A stretch of DNA of 23,410 bases from Candidatus Methylomirabilota bacterium. Lineage in GTDB: Bacteria > Methylomirabilota > Methylomirabilia > Rokubacteriales > CSP1-6. Position 1 is the stretch's first letter. Each line of letters begins with the position of its first letter. Made by a program: the position numbers and the translations under genes. This document shows, piece by piece, positions 23,379-23,410 of this stretch. The notes below the pieces were generated by a model, which was not told the origin of the DNA, searched no databases, and worked only from the letters and a program-made list of their open reading frames with translations. The stretch lies in contig JBKPAK010000026.1 of NCBI GenBank assembly GCA_046726415.1, positions 1 to 23,410 on the forward strand, given 5' to 3'.

Positions 23379-23409
23379 GTCTGGAGGGGGCGAGACGCCC
23401 CCTCCAGAC
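23379..23409. repeat. Perfect 14-bp inverted repeat (REP-like hairpin or upstream terminator)
   Basis: GTCTGGAGGGGGCG-AGA-CGCCCCCTCCAGAC. Confidence 0.8.
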
Positions 23410-23410
23410 C

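Overview
GC-rich (roughly 69-70%) bacterial chromosomal window; gene style and intergenic hairpin repeats suggest Methylomirabilota/Ca. Rokubacteria (inference only). From left to right: (1) the 3' part of a System I cytochrome c maturation operon (ccmC-D-E-F-G, an embedded HtrA/DegP protease, ccmH, TPR ccmI-like), whose CcmG has an atypical CxxxC site; (2) a DtxR/MntR-family repressor divergent from a FutA/FbpA-type Fe3+ binding protein and permease, with a palindromic operator; (3) ligA, a Kelch propeller protein, an RraA/HMG-aldolase family gene and a DinB-like gene; (4) a minus-strand cluster behind a sigma54-like promoter: Liv-type ABC importer (with a permease-ATPase fusion), an HpaB-family monooxygenase with swapped active-site residues and an AstE/AspA-family hydrolase lacking the usual NR motif. 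This cluster is the best candidate for an undescribed pathway; (5) cimA. Three genes seem to begin at non-canonical codons (CTG, ATA, ACG), and REP-like hairpin repeats sit in intergenic gaps. No RNA genes, CRISPR arrays or transposases were seen.
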